DNA of 64,000 nt from Candidatus Latescibacterota bacterium (lineage in GTDB: Bacteria; Latescibacterota; UBA2968; GCA-2709665). Below the pieces are notes generated by a model. That model was not told the origin of the DNA and searched no databases. It was given only the letters and a program-made list of their open reading frames with translations. The stretch covers positions 32,001-96,000 of the forward strand of contig CAXXJS010000021.1 of assembly GCA_963662665.2 (NCBI GenBank). Direction: 5' to 3'. Of the stretch, positions 41,073 through 50,768 are shown one piece after another (within the stretch, counting starts at the first letter, position 1; each line of letters starts with the position of its first letter). Position numbers and translations under genes: made by a program.

Positions 41073-41858
41073 TCAGGCAGATGCGCCGGAATAGTGACGG
41101 AGCCCCCACCGCCAGAACAAGCGCGAGGCGATCAGCATTCCGACCGCAACGAGGACCGCGGCCGAAAGGGACTCCGTGTCGAGCCGGCCGGTCAACGCCC
41201 GGGCGGGGACAGTGATTGCGAACGCGACGGGAACGATGAACGTCAGAATGAAGCGTAGCCAGTCAGGGTAGATGCCAATGGGCCAGCGGCCGGCCTGGAC
41301 CATCGCGTCGAAAATATTGAGGATGTTCTCGACCTTGATGTACCAGAATGAAATGGTAGACAAAACCAGGAAAAAGCTGTAGATCGTGGCCGCTCCGCAC
41401 AGCAGGACGAGGCCGAAGCTGAACGCGTCCATAACGCCGACACCGATGCCCCTCTTGAAAAGCGCATAGGACAGAACGATCCCGCCCAGCGCGAAGTCCG
41501 TTGCCTTCCAGATACGAAACTGGCTGATACTGATCAGAAACTGCGCATCCGCGGGCTTTGTGAGGGTATAGTCGAGCGTTCCGCGACGGACGTCCGTCAT
41601 CAATTGCGCCATGCTGGGCCGGATGACGATTGAGATCGCCCCGCCGATGATGATGAATACACCGATCAGGGCGAGCAGATCGTAGGACCTCCAGTCGCCC
41701 AGCGTTTCGGTATGCAGAAAGACCACGTAGACCCCGAGAAGCGCCTGTGCCAGACTCACTGCGGATTGAAAGATCTGGACGTAGAAGTTTACGCGATAGG
41801 CGAGTTCGTTGAGGACCCCGATCTTCAGAAACGTCCAAATGACAATCAGTCTGTGCAT
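41073..41858 (-). CDS. ABC-2 type permease (DUF990-like)
   Basis: YRVNF, GTLDYTLTKP, GLRHYSGAS. Confidence 0.85.
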   Translation of the reverse strand: MHRLIVIWTFLKIGVLNELAYRVNFYVQIFQSAVSLAQALLGVYVVFLHTETLGDWRSYDLLALIGVFIIIGGAISIVIRPSMAQLMTDVRRGTLDYTLTKPADAQFLISISQFRIWKATDFALGGIVLSYALFKRGIGVGVMDAFSFGLVLLCGAATIYSFFLVLSTISFWYIKVENILNIFDAMVQAGRWPIGIYPDWLRFILTFIVPVAFAITVPARALTGRLDTESLSAAVLVAVGMLIASRLFWRWGLRHYSGASA

Positions 41859-41886
41859 GGTCCGGATCCCCGGTCCGTACGAAGAT

Positions 41887-42681
41887 TCAGGAACCCACTG
41901 CTGAATATTTCCTGACACCCCGGTACCAGACGAGTCTGACGATGCCAAATCCGATAATTACCCACACGACCTGCATCAGGAAACCGTGTGAGATCTGTGA
42001 ATCGCTGAGCCTTCCGAGGACGAGTTCCACGGGAAAGGCGACGGACCATTTAAAAGGGAGTACGTCGGCGATCGTCCGGGCCCAACCGGGAAGCAGGTCC
42101 AATGGTGCGATCCTGCCCGAGAGGAACAGGCCGAAAAGGAAGTACATCTGATTGACGGCGTCGTTTCGCGTTGTCCAGAAAGCAACCAGCGAGAGAGACC
42201 ACTCAACGAGGAACCGGAGGAGGTACGCAAGAATCAGCGATAACACAAAGAGGAGAACGCTTGTGAATTCAAAGTCAAACGTTGGATTGAAAAGGAGCCA
42301 GAGCACCGCCACGGAAGGGATCAGCACGCACAGCGTCAGGGTCTTGTAGCCGATGTTATCGGCAATGTCGCTGTGGATGGGATTTATCGGCTTCAGGAGC
42401 ATCGCGGAGAGTTCGCCGTGCTGTACGCGATAGCCCATTTCGTGCATGATCCAGGTGAAGGTCCACATGTTGACGACCATCAGCACGATATAGTACGCGG
42501 CGAACCCGCCCGCGTCGTAACCGGCCACTTCGCCGCCCCGCGCCAACGCGACGGTCGTCCACACGACACAATAGATCGTCGGTTCGAGAAGCCCCCCGAT
42601 CATCCAGATCGCCATGGCGACGCGGTATTGAAACTGAAGTGCAAGCGTGGTTTTCAGGTATGCCCAGTAAATCGCAAGCAT
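41887..42681 (-). CDS. ABC-2 type permease (DUF990-like)
   Basis: FQYR, GELSAMLLKP, GVRKYSAVG. Confidence 0.85.
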   Translation of the reverse strand: MLAIYWAYLKTTLALQFQYRVAMAIWMIGGLLEPTIYCVVWTTVALARGGEVAGYDAGGFAAYYIVLMVVNMWTFTWIMHEMGYRVQHGELSAMLLKPINPIHSDIADNIGYKTLTLCVLIPSVAVLWLLFNPTFDFEFTSVLLFVLSLILAYLLRFLVEWSLSLVAFWTTRNDAVNQMYFLFGLFLSGRIAPLDLLPGWARTIADVLPFKWSVAFPVELVLGRLSDSQISHGFLMQVVWVIIGFGIVRLVWYRGVRKYSAVGS

Positions 42682-42840
42682 TGGTGTCGGTCGTCGCTCG
42701 GGTTTTTCGATGCAGATCGGATGCGGGGAAATACGGGAGGAAAAGTGTGAGACGGTTGGCAGCGTATCCCGGGGGCGCGTATCAAGCCCGGTGGAATCGA
42801 CGCCCGGATCCGCGGTCGGTTCCGATTTCGGTGTTTCAGT

Positions 42841-43872
42841 TCATGCTGAGACCGTTTTAGGGACCCCGGTTTCGGCGCCGGTCGGCGCGGTGTCGTCCTC
42901 AGGCGTCTCGACCGAGAATACCTGCTCAATGACTTCCTCGATGGGCGGGTCTTCAACCGTCAGGTCAAGCACCGGCAGATCCCCCAGAATTCTTGCTGTC
43001 ACCTGCGGGGTGGCCTCTTTAGGCACGCGCAAAGAGTAGCGCAGCCCGGTGGCTTCAACCACTTCTCCGTACGGAGAAAGGTCGGCGTTTTCGGTCTCGA
43101 GTTCGACGTCGATGGTCTTGTGCGGGGAGAACCGGGCGACAAGATCCGAAAGCGCGCCATCGAAGAGTATCTGACCGTGGTGGATGACGACAACACGCTT
43201 GCAGAGCGCTTCGACGTCGGCCATGTAGTGGCTTGTGAGCAGCACCGTTGCACCGTGCGTCCGGTTGTAGTCTTCCACAAAGGTTCGAATGCGGCGCTGC
43301 ATGGTGACGTCGAGCCCGATTGTGGGTTCGTCGAGGAACAGTACCTTCGGACGATGCAGCAGCGCGGCCGCGATTTCGCACTTCATCCGCTCACCTAGCG
43401 AGAGATTTCTTACCGGTTTCGGGAGAAGCGACCCCAACTGGAGCAGTTCCGTCAGTTCATCCAGCGTCTCTCTGTAGTCTCTGCGCGAAATCCGGTAGAC
43501 CGCCCGATTGCGTTCCAGAGAATCGATCATCGGGATGTCCCAGATCAGCTGGTTGCGCTGTCCCATCACGAGCGTAATCTGGCTGAGGAAAGCCTTTTCG
43601 CGCCGGTGAGGGATATGACCCAGGACGTCGGCCGTGCCTTCCGTGGGATAGAGCAACCCCGAGAGCATCTTGAGCGTTGTGGTCTTTCCCGCCCCGTTGG
43701 GACCGAGAAAGCCGACGATCTCGCCCGGTTCGACGCTGAAGGAAGTCGCCTCGACGGCCTTGACCACCCTCGTTTTACGTTTGACGAGGCTCTTGAGCGC
43801 GGCGCGCAGACCGGCCTCGCGTTCGGGTACGACGTAGTACTTGGAGAGGTCTCTAATCGTGATGGCATGCAT
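42841..43872 (-). CDS. ABC transporter ATP-binding protein
   Basis: GPNGAGKTT, LSLGERMK, FLDEPTIGLD. Confidence 0.92.
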   Translation of the reverse strand: MHAITIRDLSKYYVVPEREAGLRAALKSLVKRKTRVVKAVEATSFSVEPGEIVGFLGPNGAGKTTTLKMLSGLLYPTEGTADVLGHIPHRREKAFLSQITLVMGQRNQLIWDIPMIDSLERNRAVYRISRRDYRETLDELTELLQLGSLLPKPVRNLSLGERMKCEIAAALLHRPKVLFLDEPTIGLDVTMQRRIRTFVEDYNRTHGATVLLTSHYMADVEALCKRVVVIHHGQILFDGALSDLVARFSPHKTIDVELETENADLSPYGEVVEATGLRYSLRVPKEATPQVTARILGDLPVLDLTVEDPPIEEVIEQVFSVETPEDDTAPTGAETGVPKTVSA

Positions 43873-44090
43873 GTGAGCTTGGCTGCCGTTGCCCGCGGCG
43901 TTGCATGAACTTGCATGGATGAAGCGGGTGTGCGTTGGGAGTCCGTGAAATCAAGGCGCCCCACCAGGAGGTGCAATAACCGGCTCCGGACTATTGTTAT
44001 CACGTAGGACGAGCCGCCGGTCTGTTGAATTCGGCGGCTCCTGACGGAAAGAAGCGCAATGCCGCTACAGGCAGAATACAGATCCGCCAT

Positions 44091-45323
44091 TCATACCTGA
44101 ACCGTGTCCTGTATCACCCGCCAGTCCGATTCCGTCATGTCATTGTAATGCCAGTAAATGAGGGTCGTCAGGCCGCCGTGTTCAACGGTGTGCAGCAGGT
44201 GTTCGAGTTCGCGACTGTCCATGCGGACACCACCGTGGTGCAGCCCCATCCAGGGTCGGATGCGGGAAACGTCACCCACACGCTCTCGCATCTTGAAGAT
44301 TTCGCTGAGGGCCACCTGCCCGAAGAACTCAGCGGGCAATGGAGCGTCCAGGTCCGCGAGGCATCTGACGCCGGGAACCCACAGGGCGAAGAGTTCGCGC
44401 ACGCGGTCGAGCGCTTCCGGTTCGTTCATGCCGGGGTTCCACGCGCACAGGGTTTCGGCCCAGCGATACAGCGTGCCTTTCAGGCCATCGATTCCGTGTT
44501 GCCAGAAATAGAGTTTCGGGCACTGGAAGTCGACGATTTCCGATAGGCGTCCGAAATTGTAGCCGGTAAGCGGCGCAAAGGCGGGCAGGCGGGGGCCGCA
44601 GGCCACCTTGCGCGCCGGCTCCAGGGATCTGGCGGTATCGGCAAATGCGCCGACGTAGTGCTCGATGCTGTCGGTCTTGAAACGGAACCAGTCGAATAGG
44701 CCGGGGTTTGCGACCAGCGCGTCGAGGCCGTCGATCAGCCCGCGTTCCCGGCGGCCCGGCGGCAGATCCCCCAGACTCCCAAGACGATCCTTCAGCCGCG
44801 CCCGCGCCTGCCACAGGACATCGAAATCGTACCCCCATTCTGCGGCTCGCGTACGGCAGCAGTCGCAGTCGCACCGGAACAGATTGCTCCGATAGTCGGG
44901 TGCGATTTCGTACCCCCACTCCGGTCCGTCCAGGATGAATCCGTCCACCCCGGGGAAACTCCGCACGACGTCTCGCGTCCGCGCGGGTCCGTACCTGAGT
45001 TTCTCCGGATCGTTGATGCAGCCAGGGGCGGATTGAAGCCAATCGTGCAGATACACGCCGAAGTTCCGGTCTTTCGCCCGCTCAACGGCGCGTTGAAGGG
45101 TTTCAAACCTGGGCATGTCTTCGGGCGACATTTCCGGCGGACGGGTCTCACATTCGCTATAGAGTTCAGGCGTGGGCGGATACGCCGGCGATGACCCGAA
45201 TCTCAGGTCACCGAGCACGATCTTGTCGATGCCCACGCTTTCCAGGCGGTCCAGGATGTGGTCGGCGCCTTCTTCTTCGAAGGCGTCGATCCGGCCGATA
45301 AACATCCAGATATCGAGTGACAT
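44091..45323 (-). CDS. Hypothetical protein, possibly a glycoside-hydrolase-like TIM barrel
   Basis: 410-aa ORF with RBS; VDGFILDGPEW followed by CDCDCC. Confidence 0.6.
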   Translation of the reverse strand: MSLDIWMFIGRIDAFEEEGADHILDRLESVGIDKIVLGDLRFGSSPAYPPTPELYSECETRPPEMSPEDMPRFETLQRAVERAKDRNFGVYLHDWLQSAPGCINDPEKLRYGPARTRDVVRSFPGVDGFILDGPEWGYEIAPDYRSNLFRCDCDCCRTRAAEWGYDFDVLWQARARLKDRLGSLGDLPPGRRERGLIDGLDALVANPGLFDWFRFKTDSIEHYVGAFADTARSLEPARKVACGPRLPAFAPLTGYNFGRLSEIVDFQCPKLYFWQHGIDGLKGTLYRWAETLCAWNPGMNEPEALDRVRELFALWVPGVRCLADLDAPLPAEFFGQVALSEIFKMRERVGDVSRIRPWMGLHHGGVRMDSRELEHLLHTVEHGGLTTLIYWHYNDMTESDWRVIQDTVQV

Positions 45324-45335
45324 GGACGGTCCTCA

Positions 45336-45367
45336 CAAAAGGAGGGCGGGTATGAAACCCCGCCCTC
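45336..45367 (-). terminator. Intrinsic terminator after nadA
   Basis: GAGGGCGGG/CCCGCCCTC stem followed by CTTTT on the - strand. Confidence 0.6.
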
Positions 45368-45389
45368 AAGGCTCGGGATGTCTGCTAAT

Positions 45390-46439
45390 TCAGCCAATTT
45401 CCAGCATCCGGTCCACCGCGCGTCTGGCGCGGATGCGGATATCTTCGGGCACTTCGATCACCTGTTCGTTGTTTTTCAGGGCGTTCAGCGTGTCTTCAAG
45501 TGTAATCTCGTTCATATGCGGGCAGCGGATGCTGCATAGCCTTACCATTTCCTTGTCCGGGTTATCGGCCATGATATTATCGCCCATGCTGCATTCTGTA
45601 AGCAGCAGATAGCTGGAAGCTTCGGTCTCCTGAACAAAAGCGCTCATTTTGGACGTGCTGCTGGAAAAGTCGGAAGCCGCCACAACTTCAGGGCTGCACT
45701 CGGGATGGGAAAGAACGAGTACCCCCGGGAACTGCTCGCGAACGTGGGTGACATCGTCGACCGTGAATTTCTCGTGCACTTCGCACCGGCCGTGCCAGCC
45801 GATCATCTCGTATTCGAGCTCCGCTCCCGTCAGATCGGGCTCCTCCCGTGTGGGGAAGATGATTCGCTTGCCGGTTTCCTGGGCGACGTTGGCCGCCAGA
45901 TATTCGTCTGGCAGAAAGATGACGGTTTCGCTCTCAAGTGATTCAACGACCCTTGCGGCGTTACTGGACGTGCAGCAGACGTCGCATTCCGCTTTCACGT
46001 CTGCATAGGTGTTGATATAAGTGACAATGGGAACGTCCGGGTAATCCCTTCTCAGCCTCCGAACGTCTTCGGCGGAGATGCTTGCCGCCAGCGAACAACC
46101 CGCAATCCTCGCCGGCAGAAGAACGGTCTTGTCCGGGTTGAGAATCTTTGCGGTTTCCGCCATGAAACGCACGCCGCAGAATACGATGGGGTCGCAATCG
46201 GTTTCGGCGGCTTTTCGGCTGAGTTCGAGCGAATCGCCCACCACGTCGGGCACCGTATGGAAGAGCGCCGGTTCCATGTAGTTGTGCCCCAGGATGATGG
46301 CGCCGCGTTCTTCCTTCAGGCGGTTGATCTCGTGGACCAGTTCGGCTTTATACAGAAGCTCGATTTCCGGCACGATGCCGCTGAGTTTGCGCTCCATCCG
46401 TTCGTATGTTTCCTGGAGCGTATCTGTCAGAATTGCCAT
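45390..46439 (-). CDS. nadA: Quinolinate synthase
   Basis: ILGHNY, GDSLELS, FCGVRFMAETAKILNP, GCSLA, HPEC, CPHM. Confidence 0.96.
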   Translation of the reverse strand: MAILTDTLQETYERMERKLSGIVPEIELLYKAELVHEINRLKEERGAIILGHNYMEPALFHTVPDVVGDSLELSRKAAETDCDPIVFCGVRFMAETAKILNPDKTVLLPARIAGCSLAASISAEDVRRLRRDYPDVPIVTYINTYADVKAECDVCCTSSNAARVVESLESETVIFLPDEYLAANVAQETGKRIIFPTREEPDLTGAELEYEMIGWHGRCEVHEKFTVDDVTHVREQFPGVLVLSHPECSPEVVAASDFSSSTSKMSAFVQETEASSYLLLTECSMGDNIMADNPDKEMVRLCSIRCPHMNEITLEDTLNALKNNEQVIEVPEDIRIRARRAVDRMLEIG

Positions 46440-46483
46440 GACGTCGATCTCCGTGCCCGTTCAATGCGGGTTTATTAGCGCTA

Positions 46484-46512
46484 AAGATAACCAAAGTTCT
46501 CCGTATCGGCAA
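46484..46512 (-). promoter_or_regulatory. Putative nadA promoter
   Basis: TTGCCG-17 nt-TATCTT. Confidence 0.45.
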
Positions 46513-46678
46513 GGGGTTAGCGTACAAGATCTTTTCGCCCCGGTCAGGATGCGGCGTGACGTTAGAGCGGAACTGCGCCGTGGTGGCAGAGACGTCCCGC
46601 CGATGCTGCCAACGGCAGGGCGACGGGCGCGGTAGCGCCGGCTCGAGGGTGAATCACTGCGTCCGGCGGCGCATCCGT

Positions 46679-47737
46679 CTAGTCTCGAAGATCCGCCTGC
46701 CGAGAACGCTTAAGGAGCTCCGCTTCCGCCGCTTCCCGGTCCGCGTCGGTATTGAGAGGAGTTACCGTGACCCCGGCCGCGGGCCGCGGCGAAAGGATCC
46801 GGCCCGCGCCGGCGTTTCGCAACGCACGGACAACCGGATCGGGATCCGGCGCCAGCGCGATGATGGTGCCGCCGCCGCCGGCCCCTGCAAGCTTGGCCCC
46901 CAGAGCGCCGGCGTTCATCGCCGCCTGGATGAGGCGTTCGTTTTCCGGTCCGGAACCGCCCAGTTCCCGCTGTATCTCGTGATTCTCGACCATCAGTTCG
47001 CCCAGTGTGGGCCAGTCTCTTTCCAGGATTGCCCGTTTTCCCATCCGCGCCACGTGGGCAATCCGGAGATAGCCGCGTACGACCTCCCGGTCACCTTCCA
47101 GCCAGCGTTCCCGAATCGGACGATGCACCAGGGACGAGTCGCGTTTCACACCCGTGTGAGCCAGGATAAAGGGGCATTCGTCTACGTATGGCGCCAGGGG
47201 CTCCACTGTGGCATAGGGTTCGTCAGCAAGCGCACGGTAAAACTGTTTCTCCCGAAAATCCAGAAAGTTCAGCCCTCCGATCGTGCACATATAGGCGTCC
47301 TGGTAGCCACAAAGAACAAGGTAATGCAGTTCGATGTGGCGGGCCATTTCTGCACGGTAGTACACGTGAACCGACCGGCCTATGTAGGCCAGAATGGCGT
47401 TGAGAATGGAGACGATCAGAGCGGATGAACTGGATAGACCCGCACGAAAGGGGACGTCGCACGCCCATCGCAGCGAGAACAGCGCCTTCTTGAGGCTGAG
47501 GAAATCGACGACGGCCTTCGCAACATCGAAATATCCGCCGTCCGGTTTCAATTGTTCAGAGGTGCGGACCACGTGGCGGCAACCCGCAGTTTCAAAGACG
47601 AGTTCGTCAGCGGCTTCGATCAGTACGACGGCGCGTTCCACCGTGGAACAGGAGATGACGCTGCCGCCGTACATGTCGGTGGGGTTGCCTATAATGCCGG
47701 CTCGGCCCGGCGCCGTGCTCAGGTAAGCCCCCGGCAT
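46679..47737 (-). CDS. GHMP-family sugar kinase (glucuronokinase-like)
   Basis: PGRAGIIGNPTD, GLSSSSA, CGYQD, KLAGAGGGG. Confidence 0.85.
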   Translation of the reverse strand: MPGAYLSTAPGRAGIIGNPTDMYGGSVISCSTVERAVVLIEAADELVFETAGCRHVVRTSEQLKPDGGYFDVAKAVVDFLSLKKALFSLRWACDVPFRAGLSSSSALIVSILNAILAYIGRSVHVYYRAEMARHIELHYLVLCGYQDAYMCTIGGLNFLDFREKQFYRALADEPYATVEPLAPYVDECPFILAHTGVKRDSSLVHRPIRERWLEGDREVVRGYLRIAHVARMGKRAILERDWPTLGELMVENHEIQRELGGSGPENERLIQAAMNAGALGAKLAGAGGGGTIIALAPDPDPVVRALRNAGAGRILSPRPAAGVTVTPLNTDADREAAEAELLKRSRQADLRD

Positions 47738-47739
47738 AT

Positions 47740-48645
47740 TCAGAATTCCCTCAGCTGTTTCTGAATATGCTGGCGGATGATATACCCGTGGCGCTGATCG
47801 GAGATGGCGAAGTCGATAAAGGCTTTGTAGTAAGAAACGGGGTCGCCGATGCCGTATCGTATTTCTTCCTCTTTCAGCCGGACACAGCGTACGTTCCGGC
47901 CCATTTTGATTAGCGTCGCTATGGCATCCGTGAGTTCCAGTTTCCCGCTGGGACCGGGCAGGGTATGACGGAGCGCATCGAATATCTCGGGATGAAACAC
48001 ATACCGGGCGGCGACTGCGAGGCGACTGGGCGCGTCGGCGATAGCCGGCTTTTCCACGATGCTCTCAATCTCGAAATCAGTCCCTGCTCTGCCTTTTGGT
48101 TTGACAATACCGTAGTTGGGCACTTCCGAGGGCTCTACCTCCACTACGGCGATCGTACAGCGGGAATCGTGCTGGAAGTGGGATCTGATCATTCTCCGCA
48201 TCAATCCCGCGTGGTTCCCTGATTTTACAATTGTATCACCAAGCGCGACAATAAAGGAATCGTCTCCAACGAAGTTTTCCGCGCCGGCCACGGCGTCTCC
48301 GATTCCGGGCGGTGTGTGCCGCCCATGGGGAATGAGCTGTCGGGTGTAAAAAAACCTGACCGTTGCACGTCCGTAATCCACCACGTCAAGCAACTCGCGG
48401 TTTTCACTCTCCGATAGGCGATTCAACAGTTCAGGGTCCCGATCGAAGTGGTCTTCCACAGACCGTTTATCGCGCCCGGTAATGAACAGGAAATTCGTCA
48501 GGCCCTGGTCTACCATTTCTTCCACGACGTATTGAACCACGGGTTTACACGCCACCGGGAGCATCTCTTTCGGTTGCGATTTGGTGGCCGGCAGCAGTCC
48601 GGTGCCCATACCGGCTAACGGGATAACGACCTTCTCGATGTCCAT
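47740..48645 (-). CDS. galU: UTP-sugar-1-phosphate uridylyltransferase (GalU-like)
   Basis: LPATKSQPKEMLP, EDHFD, LGD, VEKP, LTDAI; signature reads GTG rather than GTR. Confidence 0.8.
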   Translation of the reverse strand: MDIEKVVIPLAGMGTGLLPATKSQPKEMLPVACKPVVQYVVEEMVDQGLTNFLFITGRDKRSVEDHFDRDPELLNRLSESENRELLDVVDYGRATVRFFYTRQLIPHGRHTPPGIGDAVAGAENFVGDDSFIVALGDTIVKSGNHAGLMRRMIRSHFQHDSRCTIAVVEVEPSEVPNYGIVKPKGRAGTDFEIESIVEKPAIADAPSRLAVAARYVFHPEIFDALRHTLPGPSGKLELTDAIATLIKMGRNVRCVRLKEEEIRYGIGDPVSYYKAFIDFAISDQRHGYIIRQHIQKQLREF

Positions 48646-48697
48646 ACTACCGAACTCCCCTTCGAACGGATTGAGTAAGCTTGTCGGGCCTGGCAGG

Positions 48698-48869
48698 GGC
48701 CACCCTGCGGCTTCGAATTGCGAAGGCCGCTTTGCACGTACAGCCGGAGCGGGAACCTGAATGCGGCGAATATAAAATCAGGGCGTGCCTGCTGCGGCAC
48801 ACCCTGAATTCGATGTGACAGTCGTGGTTCGAAACGCGTCCGCTCAGGTCGTTTTCGGACAGCGTGGCC
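48698..48869 (-). ncRNA. Candidate structured RNA in the trxA-galU intergenic region
   Basis: Four nested helices found by eye; a G-U wobble favours the - strand. Confidence 0.4.
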
Positions 48870-48875
48870 GCTTCT

Positions 48876-49199
48876 CTACAACACGGCCTCGAGTTTATCG
48901 ACCAATTGTTTTTTAGGGACCGCGCCAACGATCTGGTCGGCCAGTTCGCCGTTTTTGAATATAAGCAGTGTCGGTATACTGCGGATGCCAAAGTCGGAGG
49001 CGATTTTCTGTTCGGAGTCCACGTCGACTTTGCCGACCTTGACCCGGCCCTCGTACTCGACGGCAAGTTCGTCTACAATAGGAGCAACCATGCGGCATGG
49101 TCCGCACCAGACAGCCCAGAAGTCCACGAGCACCGGGATGGTGGATTCGACCACTTCAGACTGAAAACTATCGTCGGTTATGGTAATTGCATTTGCCAA
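48876..49199 (-). CDS. trxA: Thioredoxin
   Basis: DFWAVWCGPC, SIPTL. Confidence 0.97.
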   Translation of the reverse strand: MANAITITDDSFQSEVVESTIPVLVDFWAVWCGPCRMVAPIVDELAVEYEGRVKVGKVDVDSEQKIASDFGIRSIPTLLIFKNGELADQIVGAVPKKQLVDKLEAVL

Positions 49200-49324
49200 G
49201 GCACGTACCGCCTTTCTCCGTTGGTTTTAAGGAACATTGAAAAATTGCCAGCTGAGACGTGAGTGGACGGACCGACTTGCGTCAGACACGGACCGTGGAC
49301 ATTCGGCTCCGTCAGGAAATGTGA

Positions 49325-49353
49325 AATCTACCAAGTTTTCACGGGCATGTCAA
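49325..49353 (-). promoter_or_regulatory. Sigma70 promoter of trxA
   Basis: TTGACA-17 nt-TAGATT with extended TGn. Confidence 0.65.
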
Positions 49354-49404
49354 GAATCAGAAAAACGGGTGGAAGCTCAAGGGAAGAGGCGACCTGGATC
49401 CGGT

Positions 49405-50433
49405 TCAGCCGGTCGGACCGGAACACATCCGACAGATGAGCCCCGTAAGGGTGGCGGCCGGCGCACGAGAACGGGACTTCAGCCGGTTATCCGCGTCCAG
49501 GAGCGCGTCGTAAGCCTGCCACAGGCTCCGGTCATCGAACTGCTCCGCCTGTCCGACATAGTTGGATAGAAAGAAAGGGGGCACCTTCAGTTTTCCCGCC
49601 AATTCAGATCGGGACAGCCCCTGATTCCGGAGCCAGCGTGCCTTACGAAGAATTCCGATATGCCGTATGAGCATCGCGACAACAGCCACCGGGTTGTCGC
49701 CCCGATCGAGCAGGTGGTGGAGAACCGCCAGGGCTTCGTCGGCTTTCCGATTCCCCACGGCATCCGCAAGCTCAAAAACCGTCGCGCTCCGCGAACCGCC
49801 AGCCACCTGGATGACGTCGTCTCGCGTGATGGTATCTCGTTCGTCTGCATATATGGAAAGCTTCTCGATTTCGCTGGCGAGTTCGCCGGGACTCGGGCCT
49901 ACGCCGAGGTGAAGCAGGTGCGCGGCATCAGGTTCGATCCGTTTATTCAGGGCGGCCGCGCGTCTTCGAATCCACTCCGGGAGTTCCCTCTCGTAAGGCG
50001 GCTTGAATTCTATCGCGACGGCGTTCTTTCGCAACGCGACGCTGAGCTTCTTTCGACCGTCCAATTTGTCCGCTGTGATAATTAGAACAGTGGAATCGAC
50101 AGGTTTGTCAATAAGGGTCAGGAGCGTTCGCGCGTCGGTGTCCCGCAACCGTTCCACCCGTTTGACAACGACAACCCTGCGCGACGCCATCATCGGAAAG
50201 GCGGTTGCCCGGCTGACAGCGTCGGCCACGTCCATATCTTCACCGCGGAATATATCCAGGTTGAAGGCGCGTAACGCGGGATCGACAGCAGCATCCACAA
50301 GGGCTTTCAGGCTTTCTTCCTTGCTGACGTTCTCAGATCCGTGCATCAAATAGAGCGGTGCAAATTCGCCCCGTTGAATCTGTGCGGTCAGCCTATCCTG
50401 CGGGTTGCCTGATTTAGATCTGGATTTGGCCAC
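49405..50433 (-). CDS. holA: DNA polymerase III delta subunit
   Basis: PLYLMHG, FPMMASRRVVVV, EIEKL, VFELADA; GTG start at 50433 inferred. Confidence 0.9.
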   Translation of the reverse strand: MAKSRSKSGNPQDRLTAQIQRGEFAPLYLMHGSENVSKEESLKALVDAAVDPALRAFNLDIFRGEDMDVADAVSRATAFPMMASRRVVVVKRVERLRDTDARTLLTLIDKPVDSTVLIITADKLDGRKKLSVALRKNAVAIEFKPPYERELPEWIRRRAAALNKRIEPDAAHLLHLGVGPSPGELASEIEKLSIYADERDTITRDDVIQVAGGSRSATVFELADAVGNRKADEALAVLHHLLDRGDNPVAVVAMLIRHIGILRKARWLRNQGLSRSELAGKLKVPPFFLSNYVGQAEQFDDRSLWQAYDALLDADNRLKSRSRAPAATLTGLICRMCSGPTG

Positions 50434-50564
50434 GGTCGTGGTAAATGCAAGAGATGCAGAAGATATCAAAACAGGTAAGGAACGACGCTGCCAGAAAGCG
50501 CTAGCGTGCTGTCTCACCCACGCAGACAGGCGGATGAATGGCGACATATTTCCGGGACGGGTCG

Positions 50565-50756
50565 CTAGCCGTCCAGGTCCCGAAATTCAGCATCCCTGAT
50601 CCGGTTCTTGTTGACGTCCCAGGATGGCTTCTTGCCGTGTGAACGTGACCCCCCCTTCCGGCGCCAGACCCATCGAAGCGAGGAGCGCAAAACATCCCTG
50701 AGTATACGGTATACGAGACCCAGCAACAGGCAAAAAAGGAAAATGCGCAACAACAT
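50565..50756 (-). CDS. Small membrane protein
   Basis: N-terminal TM segment, C-terminal IRDAEFRDL; RBS GGGAG. Confidence 0.65.
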   Translation of the reverse strand: MLLRIFLFCLLLGLVYRILRDVLRSSLRWVWRRKGGSRSHGKKPSWDVNKNRIRDAEFRDLDG

Positions 50757-50768
50757 GGTGTACTCCCG

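Noticed and set aside
46440-46560. Possible NAD+ riboswitch upstream of nadA
   Set aside because: The predicted promoter leaves only a ~40-nt leader with no recognisable motif.
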